Origin: Dipteris shenzhenensis
Lineage: Eukaryota
Length of the DNA: 64,000 nucleotides
Strand: one strand, 5' to 3'
NCBI GenBank assembly: GCA_047967505.1
Contig: CM106538.1
The notes below the pieces were generated by a model. It was not told the DNA's origin, searched no databases, and saw nothing but the letters and a program-made list of their open reading frames with translations. A program made the translations under genes and the position numbers. How positions within the stretch are numbered: the stretch's first letter is position 1; each line of letters opens with the position of its first letter. This document shows positions 42,651 to 54,310 of the stretch, piece after piece.

Positions 42651-44046
42651 CGAAAACGATTGGGGTTTCGCATTGTGGCACCATGGGAAGAGTTTTCACT
42701 CAGTTGTTGCAGTAAATGTTACATTACCATGTGCTTTGGCTAGGTAAAGTAGCAATGACCTTGGTTGGGAGGGACATAGAAAAGGTCTTTTCGTTATGGG
42801 GGTGGGAAAAATGTAGGTTATCGGTATCTGGGCATTGCGAGGAGAGAAAACTCGATTGGCCCTTTGTTGGTCTTGGCAGGTTCCTACTACGAGTGGGTAA
42901 TGGGATGTAAGGGGCACTTGTCTTGGGCCACTGCCCCCCACCCACTGCTAGGTGAACTTGTGCTGTCCAATCACAAGTCCCTCAGTCTAAACCACGTAGG
43001 CGTTTTCATGTGCTTGTAATAAATGAGGACTCTTTATTTATCACCTTGTTTGCCTGGTGTGTAATCCACACATTGCCCATGCTCGCCCCAGCTTGGGCAG
43101 GGGGTGGTGTGTAAGAGCCCGTTCTTGCATTGGGCCACGCCAAGGAAAACGTGAGGAGCGCTGGCAAATTGGAGCATAGAAGGGAAATGGATGCCACAGC
43201 AAAAAAGGCACGGATTTCGAAAGCAATGATGGTGATTTCAGAGGTTAGCTAGTCACACAGCGAAAATGAAGAGCTGGATTGAACCTTGACGCCGTAATGC
43301 CAGGGTGGAGAGCCAAAGTTTCGCTCTTGAACTTGTGGTGCTGGGAATGGGCGGAACATGGGGAGGAGTTGGCATAGGGTGGCAAATATGCCAACGTGGG
43401 AGCAAGCGACAATCCCCACTAATATTTTTGAAAATGTAAAGGGTCATAAAAAGAGGGGGGCAATAAGGTGGAAGCAGGTGGCGAGGCCAACATCCTTATC
43501 ACATGCCAAGTGCCACAAAAATTCAAATAAATGGGGAGAGATTCCTGCTTAGAAATTCTCGGATAATTCGGCACCCATGTTGGATGACGGGCTCTTTTTT
43601 CTGCCCCTCCATTCAATTGTGGCTCTGATTCCTCACCGTCCCAACACCCAAATTTAATCCTCTCACCGCCATAGCCTGCTCTATCCTTTCCTTTCCATTG
43701 CCTTTGCTTTGCTCGCTCGCCTTCTCCTTCCTTGATCCAGGTTCCTCCTTTCCTCCCCCTCAAATTTGCCATCTTCTCCGAGATTATCTGTCGTTGCGGC
43801 ATCTTGCCCACAGCTCCCTTCGATGATTTTTTGCTCCTCCTCCTCCTTGCTTTTGCCGTTCTTCCTTTCGCTCTAGATTTTGGCCTCGAGACTGATGTCG
43901 TTCTCGGCTTTTTGCGCCAGCCCCCCAATGATTCATCACAATTCGAGTCGCTGCTGAGTTTGATCAGGTGTTTTGCAGGCGCTGGAGCTTCTTTCGCAAT
44001 TCTGTAGCTATCTGTTATCCTAGACTCCTGCGCCCTCCCCTCTGCC

Positions 44047-46526
44047 ATGGACCCTTACAAGGTACGCTCCTGGAAACGTCGTCTCGTGATTATGATTTTA
44101 CGATAGAACCGTTCTGATCTTCTCGTCCTGTGCGCAGTTTCGCCCATCTAGCGCATACAATTCACCTTTCTTCACTACCAACTCTGGTGCCCCAGTATGG
44201 AACAACAATTCGTCTATGACCGTTGGCGCCAGAGGTAAGCTCGGACCCGAACCCTATTCCGTTCCGAGGGGTGGTCTCCGCTATGGTGATTCTATCATGG
44301 CTTCTTCAATCCCTGTTGTGCTGGCTTGTTCGATGTGTGCTACCTTACTTGGCGACCTTCATCAACCTGCTCGCTTATTAATCGTTTGCTTGATTAAGCT
44401 CTTCAGTCACACTTATGTTTGTTACCGCATTAATCGGATTTACCCTCTCACCTTCACGGTTCATATTAAAATGGTGCTTTGCAGGTCCTATTCTTCTGGA
44501 AGACTATCACTTGGTTGAGAAGATTGCTCAATTTGATCGAGAGAGGATTCCTGAGCGTGTCGTCCATGCCAGAGGCGCCAGTGCGAAGGGCTTTTTTGAG
44601 GTGACACATGATATCTCACACCTAACGTGTGCGGACTTCCTGCGGGCTCCTGGTGTACAAACTCCTTTGATTGTGCGATTCTCGACTGTCATTCACGAGC
44701 GAGGTAGCCCTGAGACACTGAGGGACCCTCGTGGCTTCGCTGTGAAGTTCTATACCAGAGAGGTAATCTATTTGCATTGTAGGCTTTTAAAGGCATTTCA
44801 GCCACCGATTATACATCTGCTCTACATATCTGTACATGTATCCCTTGCACATGTATCCATGCATCGCATTGTGTATGGTGTGTGCCACATACTATTGCAT
44901 AACCTGTGTAATTGCTTAGCAGTAAGGCTCTACAAGGTACTTAAAGGATACTTGTCTGTGCAGGGAAATTTTGACATGGTTGGAAACAACTTTCCAGTTT
45001 TCTTTGTGCGTGATGGAATGAAGTTTCCTGATATGGTGCATGCCTTGAAGCCTAATCCCAAGACGCACATTCAAGAAGTGTGGCGGATTATGGACTTCTT
45101 CTCACACCACCCGGAGAGTCTGCACATGTTTACCTTCCTGTTTGATGATTTGGGAATACCTGTGAACTACCGGCACATGGAGGGTTTTGGGGTACACACT
45201 TTCACTCTTGTCAACAAAGCTGGCAAGTCAACCTATGTGAAGTTCCATTGGAAACCAAGTTGTGGTGTCAAATGTCTGATTGGAGAAGAGGCCGTGATTG
45301 TTGGAGGTTCAAATCATAGCCATGCAACCCAGGATCTCTATGACTCCATTGCTGCAGGGAACTATCCTGAGTGGAAGTTGTACATACAGACCATGGACCC
45401 TGCTGATGAAGACAAGTATGACTTTGACCCTCTTGATGTGACGAAGACTTGGCCTGAAGATTTATTCCCTCTCCAGCCCGTTGGGCGTATGGTGCTCAAC
45501 AAGAACATAGACAACTTCTTCGCAGAGAATGAGATGCTGGCGTTTTGTCCAGCGATTGTTGTTCCTGGTGTGTACTACACTGACGACAAGTTACTGCAGA
45601 CTCGAATCTTCTCTTATGCAGACACTCAGAGACATAGGCTAGGGCCCAATTACCTACTGCTACCTGTCAATTCCCCAAAGAGTGCATATCACAACAACCA
45701 CCATGAAGGGTTTATGAACTTCATGCACAGGGATGAGGAGGTAAGGTGTTTGCAGGTGCCTACTTCAGTTTTGATTATAGAAAATATTCACGAGGTTGTG
45801 TCATGGGGATTACGTTATCCGTTAACGTTGTTTTCCTGTCAGGTCAATTATTTTCCATCCCGCTTTGACCCAGTTCGCCACTCTGAGAAAGTTCCAATTC
45901 CGTCGAATGTTTTATCAGGACGACGGGAGAAGGTGTGTAATTTGAGTTGAGGAACATGAGTTGAGCAAGATGGTGGGATATTTGGTTGCTGTTTGGGTTG
46001 TACCTGCAAATATGTGTATACTCTCTAGCTGTGTGCGTGTCATTTTCGGTCTTATCTCTGATATCATCTAATTTGTGTGGGTTCTTCTGTCTGATTTGTT
46101 GCCTCAGGTGATGATTGAGAAGGAAAACAACTTTGCCCAGCCTGGAGTGAGATACAGATCATGGGCACCAGACAGGTAGGGCTTTGCATCAGGCATCTTG
46201 CATGTCTTGAAAGTGGTGTTGGCTTCTTTGCATGATTTTTTAACACGTGGGCTTCAATATTCAGGCAGGAGCGATTTGTCAATATGTGGGTAGATGCCCT
46301 GTCTGACCCGAGGGTCACTCATGAAGTTCGTAATATCTGGCTGTCATATTGGTCCCAAGTAAGTAGGGGGGGGGGGGGGATTGTTTATTTACAGGACGTG
46401 CCTGTGAAAGACATTGTGCTTCATTTCCACTTGTTGACTGAGGCCAAAACTTGGTTTTATGTACAGGCTGACAAATCATTGGGCCAGAAGATCGCAGCAC
46501 GTTTGAACTTGAAATCAAACATGTGA
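44047..46526 (+). CDS. CAT: Catalase (monofunctional heme catalase), 8 exons, 492 aa
   Basis: Exons 44047-44061, 44138-44234, 44485-44762, 44964-45740, 45843-45932, 46108-46175, 46265-46358 and 46467-46526 (1479 nt, all introns GT-AG). MDPYK start, [15 protein letters not shown] active-site motif, RIFSYADTQ heme ligand motif, C-terminus [15 protein letters not shown]. Confidence 0.98.
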
Positions 46527-47574
46527 AGCATTTGTCGTTGTTCAGCAGCTGAGTTTTTTACAGGACCTTGAAATATCCCATGGCAGCTGTATTATTCGAG
46601 TGTCAGTTCTTGTTTGCTATTTCCTGACTCAAAAGGGATGGTTATATATGGATAGTAAAGGTTACGAACTTTTGGACAGTTGTAGAAATGTTTTGTAAGG
46701 TAGGATGAATGGGTGGTGTGTTGCATACACATGGCACTTGGGTTTTTAATGATTAAGGCAAGATGTGGTGCAGGACTTGTATCCTGATATATGAGAATAA
46801 ATATATGAGGATTTAGTAGCATGACTGTGGTATTATCGATTATTGCAAGTGCTAGCAGGATATGAAATTCTGCATTAAAGAAAAAGAAAAGGTCATGCTT
46901 CAGCTGAATGAAGGTGCATATGTCATATATACTAGCTACTCCCATGCGAATCAGCAATTCTGCAGTCTCTTTTCAGATCAAAATAGTACGAAGTGCACAA
47001 TTTTTGGATGAGAAATGTTTTTTCATGGATGATGTCACTGTTTGCTGTGTTAATCAAAGCAGGTGGTTAGTATTGAAGTATCTTGTTACTCTGAGCCCTG
47101 TCAGAGTATCCTTGAGGTTGAATTTGCATACCTGAAGTAACTTGATGGTAGTGTTGTATCGAGCTGGGCCATACTCGGAAAATAAGATTGATAGATAGCT
47201 GATGGTATTTCTTAGGGTAATTTTCCATCTTTCAAAGAATTCCGACCAGTACCGTATTAGCCAAAGCATGATTTCGCTTTGGTTAATGGTCTATATAAAT
47301 AAGGTGGTGTATCTGACTGGTTTGCAGCATCTACGATGCACTTGAATAATTCAGTACTAGTTCTTAGAGGATAAAGATACTCCATTGTGGATTCCAGCAG
47401 TCAATAAGCTCTTGAATGATACAGTGCCAGCTTTTTAAAAGGGTAGTGAAATGCAAGCCGCAGAGCCCCCAAGCAGCTTTAACTAGGGTTTTCACATTAA
47501 TTGATGATACACATGGCATGCTTTGAAGTGGAGTGTTCGATGGGAGTGTTTCTCATCGTGACTAGTGTAGACCA

Positions 47575-50500
47575 AGCATAGTTCAATGAAATGTTTCAGA
47601 ATGTTGAAACGTGAAATGTTTTGAAACGTTTCAAAACGTTTCAAAAAAATAGGTGAAGTTTCAAAAAACTAGATTGTATTTTTTTGGTCTAGAAAATATA
47701 AAATATATGCTTGCATACATTTGGTATGCCAAAACTCTGCAAAACTAGCTAAAAACACAGAAAAAGACTTGACAAAGCCTACAATGGCCAATGGTAAAAT
47801 AGATTATAGACTCCAGATTAGAAAGCTCAATCAAGCCTTCAACTTAATCTACAAGTCTATAATGGCCAATGCTAGAAATCAGAATAGAGTCTAGATTACA
47901 AAGCTCGATTAAGCCTTTAAATTTTGGAAATTAGATTTCAGTTGAATAGATACAAGATAGGTCTCTAAAAATCAGATTTCAGATTATAATTTACAAGCTC
48001 AAGCCTTAAACTTTATCATATTTCAGTCATAAGTTCAGGAATCACAAACATGGAGTGTAGACATAAATGAAGTGCTCAGTTTCACTCTTGTAAATAGTCT
48101 GCTAGTCTATAGACTAGAATCTAGATTACATAACTCGAGTCAAGAGTGAAGACATCAACTTTAAATTTCAAACAAAACTAAAGTCAAACCCTGCTGAAAT
48201 CTGAAAGAAAGTAGCAAGTTAATCAGTAAGAATCAAGATCTGTAAGTGCTTGGGCATCTTCTCCTTGGCCCTCAGCCCCCTCCTCCTCCTCCCCATCATC
48301 ACTGTCAAAATTTGCCGAAGCGGATGAATCCTCTTTTGATGATGAAGTCTCCTGTTCTTTCCGGATCAGCTGCTATTAAAGTTGGTTCTATTCACCCTGC
48401 TCGTCTGCATGCCTGAGATCGTGTGGCATATGCCAATGATGCCCGCTCCACAGCAATGAATGCATATGCATCATCATCCTCATGCGTAGGATGATGCATT
48501 TCATCCTCAAGGACTTGTATACGTATCTTATCAGCATCCACCTCCTGTGGACCTTCAATGGTCTTCATTCGTCGAATAAGTCGTTGGCATGGACATATTC
48601 AAGCCTACCATACACCAAATGAATTAACAGTAAATACATGTAGGTTGTAGCATAACTATAATGCAAATGTTAATAATGAACTGTGTGCTGAGTGCATATA
48701 AAAGAAAATAGATATGTCGAGGTCACACACAAAATTATCTATGCGAATATGAATTACTTGTCAAGTTGTCCAGTGCCTAGTCTATTCCTTATTTTAGTTG
48801 TATAAGTGAGAACACACTCCAATTCCTTTCACAGGCGCTAGATGAGGAATCTTGTGAAAGGACTTGGAGGGCAATGTGCTTCAACTCCGGTGTGCCCCGA
48901 CCATACTTCTCCCACCAGGTTACATGCCTCAATTGAGCATGACGGAGACATGCACGAGCTGATCCAAACTCCCCAAAGGAGTTCCTAAATGAGAGGTGTT
49001 GGTCCTCCAAAGCATCTTGCAATATTGCATCTTGATATGCATGTTCAAGGAAACCTGTCCACCCTGCAGCCAACTCAGCATCATCTAATTGGTCCTTCCT
49101 CCTCCATAGAGGATGCAAAATGTGTGCTACTGCATGAATAGGCCTATGGAACCATGTCCATCTTTTTCCCCACAAGGCCATAAGCTCTTGCTCTCTGTAG
49201 GGAATGAAACATATTTAGGTTGCTGCAAACCTTGAATCTAGATTCCAGATTTACATCATACATGCAAAGCCTTAAAGCTGCAAATAAGAAAATTAATTGC
49301 AGCCAACAGTGAATTGTAAAGTCAAGATGCTTGATTTGCATTTATCTTGTTGCATCAAGCTATGTGCACCCTTTCAATGCCTCTCCAACCTTCTCCATGA
49401 ACTCATACACGAGTCCAATTGTGCATCCTTCTCTATCAAGAAGTCGAAGGGTACTGAAAAGGGGCTGCACAATCCCCACAATCTCCTTAGCTACATGCCA
49501 AAAATCACCATCAAACACAATGTCCTCAAAGGCACGTGCCTTCGGTTCATTGGACTTATCCCAGCTCAACCATTCCTCACTGACCACCATGTGCCTTAAG
49601 TTAGGCTTCACCTTTACCAAGCGTGACAAAACTGTAAAGAGATAGGCAAAGCGGGTCTTTGAGGGCTTCAGAATCTCATGGGAGCTATGTTGCCGAAAAT
49701 TTGCAAGGGCTCTATGCTTCCTTGTCAAGAAAGTCACCATGCTCCGTGCCTTGTCAACCACCGAGGAAATCCAAGGAAGCTTCCCTATGTCCTCTATAAG
49801 AAGATCCAAACTGTGTGCAGCACAGGAAGTCCAAAAGATGTGCGGATAGTCACTCTCAAGTAGCACACCCATGCGCTGACAGTTACTTGCATTATTTGTA
49901 ACCACCTGTACTACATTCTGAGGCCCCACAACCTCTACTGCCTTCTTAATGTGGCTGTAAATGTACTCACCTATATGAGATTCATTTGATGCATCTATGG
50001 ATCTCAAAAACATAGTACCCATGGAAGATGATACAAAAATGTTAATGAGCGGGCGCCTCCTAGTATCTGACCACCCATCACACAAAATGGAGCACCCGTA
50101 TCTACCCCATGATGCCTTAATAGGCTGCAGCTCCTTCTCAACTTGCAAGACCGCTGCTTTCAGCTCCCGATTGCGTAAAGTCTCTAAAGATGGAGCCCTA
50201 AATGAAGGGCCAACCTCGGCCACTGCCTGAACAAACTCTTGAAAGGCTGGAGTACGAGTAAGGTTAAAGGAAAGGTCACACTCATAAAAGAGCTTGCGAG
50301 TTGCCCGACGAGCAGATGCAAGCAAAGTTGTGACCCAACTGGCTCATAAAGTCCCTAGCCTGGGTGGTAACCTGGTTGAATTTGGAAACCTTGGAGGCTT
50401 CACAACTCGCATGGATGCCTATCAAGTGGAAGCACTACCAATAGAAAAAGAAGCCCCTTGTGTAGGTGGTGAAAGTCGACGAGGGGGTCCAGCTGTCACA

Positions 50501-50690
50501 TATATAATGGGACTCCTGGGAGGTGATCCAGGACCTATTAGTGTTGATGAGGCCTCAACTCATGCCCTCTTTGACGGGCCACTTGGTGTGCCTCCCAAGG
50601 AAAGAATTACATCATCTGAACTTCTCCTACACATGGATTGACACCCTTTCCAGTGATACCAAGAAGATGTGCCCTTACACGAGTACCCTT
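47575..50690 (-). mobile_element. hAT-family DNA transposon remnant (DUF659 core + hATC dimerisation region), 5' end missing
   Basis: ORF 49360-50325 (SILCDGWSD..RPLIN, NVVQVVTNNASN, CAAHSLDL, TRF); 48789-49181 (WWEKYG..ELKHIALQVLSQ..SSACERNWS); BED-finger tail TRVRAHLLGITGKGVNPC near 50630-50685; short subterminal GAAAC/GTTTC repeats 47590-47665. Confidence 0.92.
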
Positions 50691-53600
50691 GAATCCTCGA
50701 CACTGGCCTCGTCGGCCTTGTATTGAACAAATACTTTGACAACATTTGATGATCGTACACGTGAGAAAGCCACATATAACTGTTTGCGGCTGAATACCGG
50801 TGTTGCCAAGTATAAGCTAAGAATGGACATTGTTTGGCCTTGGGTCTTATTTATTGTCATGCCAAATGCCAATTGAATGGGGAAGTGCCTCCTCATATCA
50901 AACGGTAGTTGCAAATTGCTTGGAATGAAGATTATCCTCTGAATGAACACCCTGCGTACCAGTGATGATCTCGGCCTCGAACACCTTGGTGTGGAACTCT
51001 TTGCATATCAATCGAGTGCTGTTGTATAGTCCCTTCCGTGGATCCAAGTTGCATAGCAAAATGATTGGAGCATTTATCGGTGAGGTGGATAACCACCGCC
51101 AAGGTTGAGGCTATTGAGGTACTTTGTTGCATATTGAAATGAATCTGCGTCTGCACTATTCACCGAATCAACACTTATATACTCCTTTCTCTCCCCTGCC
51201 ACATTGCATTTAGTGTTGCATTATTTATTGCATCAACTTCAAGGTTCCGAGGTGCAATAATCACACGCTCTCCAAAGTACGATGCAAAGTTCACAACTCA
51301 TGAAAGTCCAATATACACCCACTTAATTAGACCCTCCATGGAGTTGTTTTGCAAAAGCATTTTCTTTGGAATTACGACAACACTTTCTTTTGCGCCCATG
51401 CTTTTCCCATTTCAATTGTCAAGAACCCACTGCATGAACTCACGTTCTGATGTTCCGTCACCTCGTTGTAGCACCCGTATGTTTTGTGTGAGCTTCAAGA
51501 TCTTTGTGTGTCTCCAGATTATCGACTGACATAAAGTAGCATTTATGATGTACCCCGGTCCAATCTTTGGAACCACTGGTGAAATTTATCGAAAATCCTC
51601 TCCTAGTAGCACTACTTTGCTACCAAATAGCTGATCACTCGACATGATGTCTTGTAGAGTCCCGTCCAGTGCTTCAAAGGCATGTCGATAAGTCATGGGA
51701 GCCTCGTCCCATATATTAACTTTGCCAGCCTCAAAACATCAGCAAGGGTATTGTTCAAACTAATATTGCAAGTGCTAGTGGCATGTAGATTCAATGGTAT
51801 CTTGAAGGTGAGTGTGTCGTACGTCCATTAGACAGCAATAATGTCGCAATACCAGAAGATGCGCATGCAACGTAATGTGTCCCTCCCCACGAAACCGAGA
51901 AAACAAACAATTATAAACAAATGTCTTTCTAGATCCTCAGGGACTGCGTCCAGAAAGAACATGTCACCCACCTTTGCATGAACAGCTATTAAAATTTCAT
52001 TGTAAGCGACCATCTGATAGGGATTCTGGCTTGCTTCCGGCTTGCTTCCATTGTACACGTGATTTTAGCCTGCTACTGAACATCAAACATCCTTTCCTCT
52101 TGAAACAACACATCTATAACAAAATCATTTGCTCTATCCACCACGATAGGCAAACCACCAAAATTTGCCAATGCTCGTCTCTAAAGGTGCAAGGCACTAC
52201 CCTATTGCCATTGTGCGACAATGAACCATATTCTCCACACTTACTTCCAATGCATGAAAAAAATCATCTGAAAGCTCCGAACATCATTTTTCCCATAAAA
52301 GCCGAGGAGATGTTGGCTCACAGGAGGGAAAATTATCACAAAGAGTTGTCTCAACTATTCACTGTTCTGAACAAACGCAGCCTCTTGCATACACACAAAC
52401 CACTCCTCATCACTTTCTAGTAGTAAGCCTCTAGCAATGCATGCTGCCTTGAAAGAGGGATAAAGTTGCCCACCGAATGTGTGCAGGTCATCAAAAGGCT
52501 TACAACCCCTGCAAATGTTAAGCAACATGCATAGATTTCTCGTGTGTAGATGGTGAAACATTGTACATGCGGCCAATGGTATTTTCCAACTTTCTTCGAG
52601 CCCACGTCTTTCTATTTTTGTTCCAAACCTACGCACTTGGAAAGTCTCCATAAAGCATACTGTAAGACTCCATAAAGCACGTGGGTAATGACGACAACAT
52701 TTACCATCAATCATGCAAACGATAGAGGGATTTAATACCCCACATGGACTAGGAACACTACATTGACTAATGACGTCATGCAACTCAAGAAAAAATGCAA
52801 CATCAGGAAGCTCAGCGCATACCAATCTGTCATAGTGCGCAGTCTCTACTGGTTTGAAGGCACTTTTTAGACTCAGCAATATGTGCGAGTGTGGCAATCC
52901 TCTCTTCTGAAACTCAATCACATAAACATACCCAACTACTTACCAAATAGGTCATCCCTTGTTAATGATTTCATCATGTCCTTGTGCTTTTCATGAAACA
53001 CACGGGCAGTCAAATCGAGGCAGTCTTGTGGACTTTGGCCAGGTAGCAATGCTTCAGATATTTCAGAACCGATCCATGTTACACGTGAATGTAATGAACA
53101 TCCTTGTCGTGGATCTGTTAACAAACCTCGACATTTATATGTGCCTTGTATTTCATTGAAAGAACAGGATTAAATGGCTCAATCCATCGATTGTCTACCA
53201 CACCATGTTTCACCCATATCTTTTTACCGTTATCCCGACGCATGTAGATAGGATAACCATCATTTCCCACCAAAGTACATTGAGAGAAGGCACGTGGGTA
53301 ATGATGATAACATTTACCATCAATCATGCAAATGACAGAGGGATTCAATGCCCCACATGGACCATGAACATTACACTGACTAATGATGTCATGCAACTCA
53401 GTAAACAATGAAACATTAGGAAGCTCTGTGCATTTCAATATGTCATAGTGCGTAGTCTCTACAGGTTTGAAGGCACTTTCTAGAATCAACAATATGTGCG
53501 AGTGTGGTAAGCCTCTCTTTTGAAACTCAATCATAGAAACATACCTAGCTACCTTACCAAACAAGTCATCCCTTGTGAATGATTTCATCATATCCTTGTG

Positions 53601-54310
53601 CTTTACATGAAACACACGGGCATTTAAATTGGGGCGGTCTTGTGGACTTTGGCAAGGTAGCAATGCTTTAGATGTTTAGGGCCATTTTGTGTTGCACGTG
53701 AATGTAATGAACAAATATGGTTTACCCCTTTTTCATACAATGGCTATAGCATCCTGATACAATTGACACATATATCGAGGTCCTCCTGTAAAAGAAGATG
53801 GCAACACAATCTTGCCTACAACATTGCCAAATAAGGTGTTCACCCCATCAAATGCATTTACCATGTCCGTCAATCCTTGGTAAACTTCTACATGCAAAGA
53901 TGCTTGATTATTACGTATCCACAACAATCTCGATTCCTCCATACTACTATATGCATCAACCATGTACTATTGTAGTAATCACCCCTTGCATAGAAGGCAT
54001 GCATTTGTATCAGACTTCGCTTGACGACAAGCATAGTATTGCCTCTGCGTCACGTAATTCTGTCTTTGTACCCGCGGTGACCAGGATCATCAGCATATGG
54101 GATACATACATGCCATCCATCCTTCCCTAGAGGAAATAGAAGAACATACATGAGGAGCATGTATGATTGTGGTGCAAGTTAGATATTCACCGTATATGGC
54201 CATTGCGGCATAAAATCTGGATGTCCCTATTTCCAACATCAAGATCATTCCCTTGTCCTGGCATGATTGCGGCAACCTCGCTAGCCGTGGGAACCAAATA
54301 TTGTCTGGAG
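50690..54310 (-). mobile_element. Helitron Rep/PIF1-helicase remnant, many frameshifts
   Basis: YLVPTASEVAAI, IVLPSSFTGGPRYM..YQDA, LFITFTCN, IEFQKRGLPHSHILL, HINVEVC, IWDEAPM, FPIQLAFGMTINKTQGQT, QLYVAFSRV. Confidence 0.95.

Noticed and set aside
43419-44048. 209-aa antisense ORF starting at the catalase ATG (CCATGG)
   Set aside because: Basic low-complexity translation of the CT-rich promoter/5'UTR with no recognisable domain.
44415-45950. 511-aa ORF as the catalase CDS
   Set aside because: It reads through introns 3 and 4 and starts in intron 2; the spliced 492-aa model fits the canonical protein.
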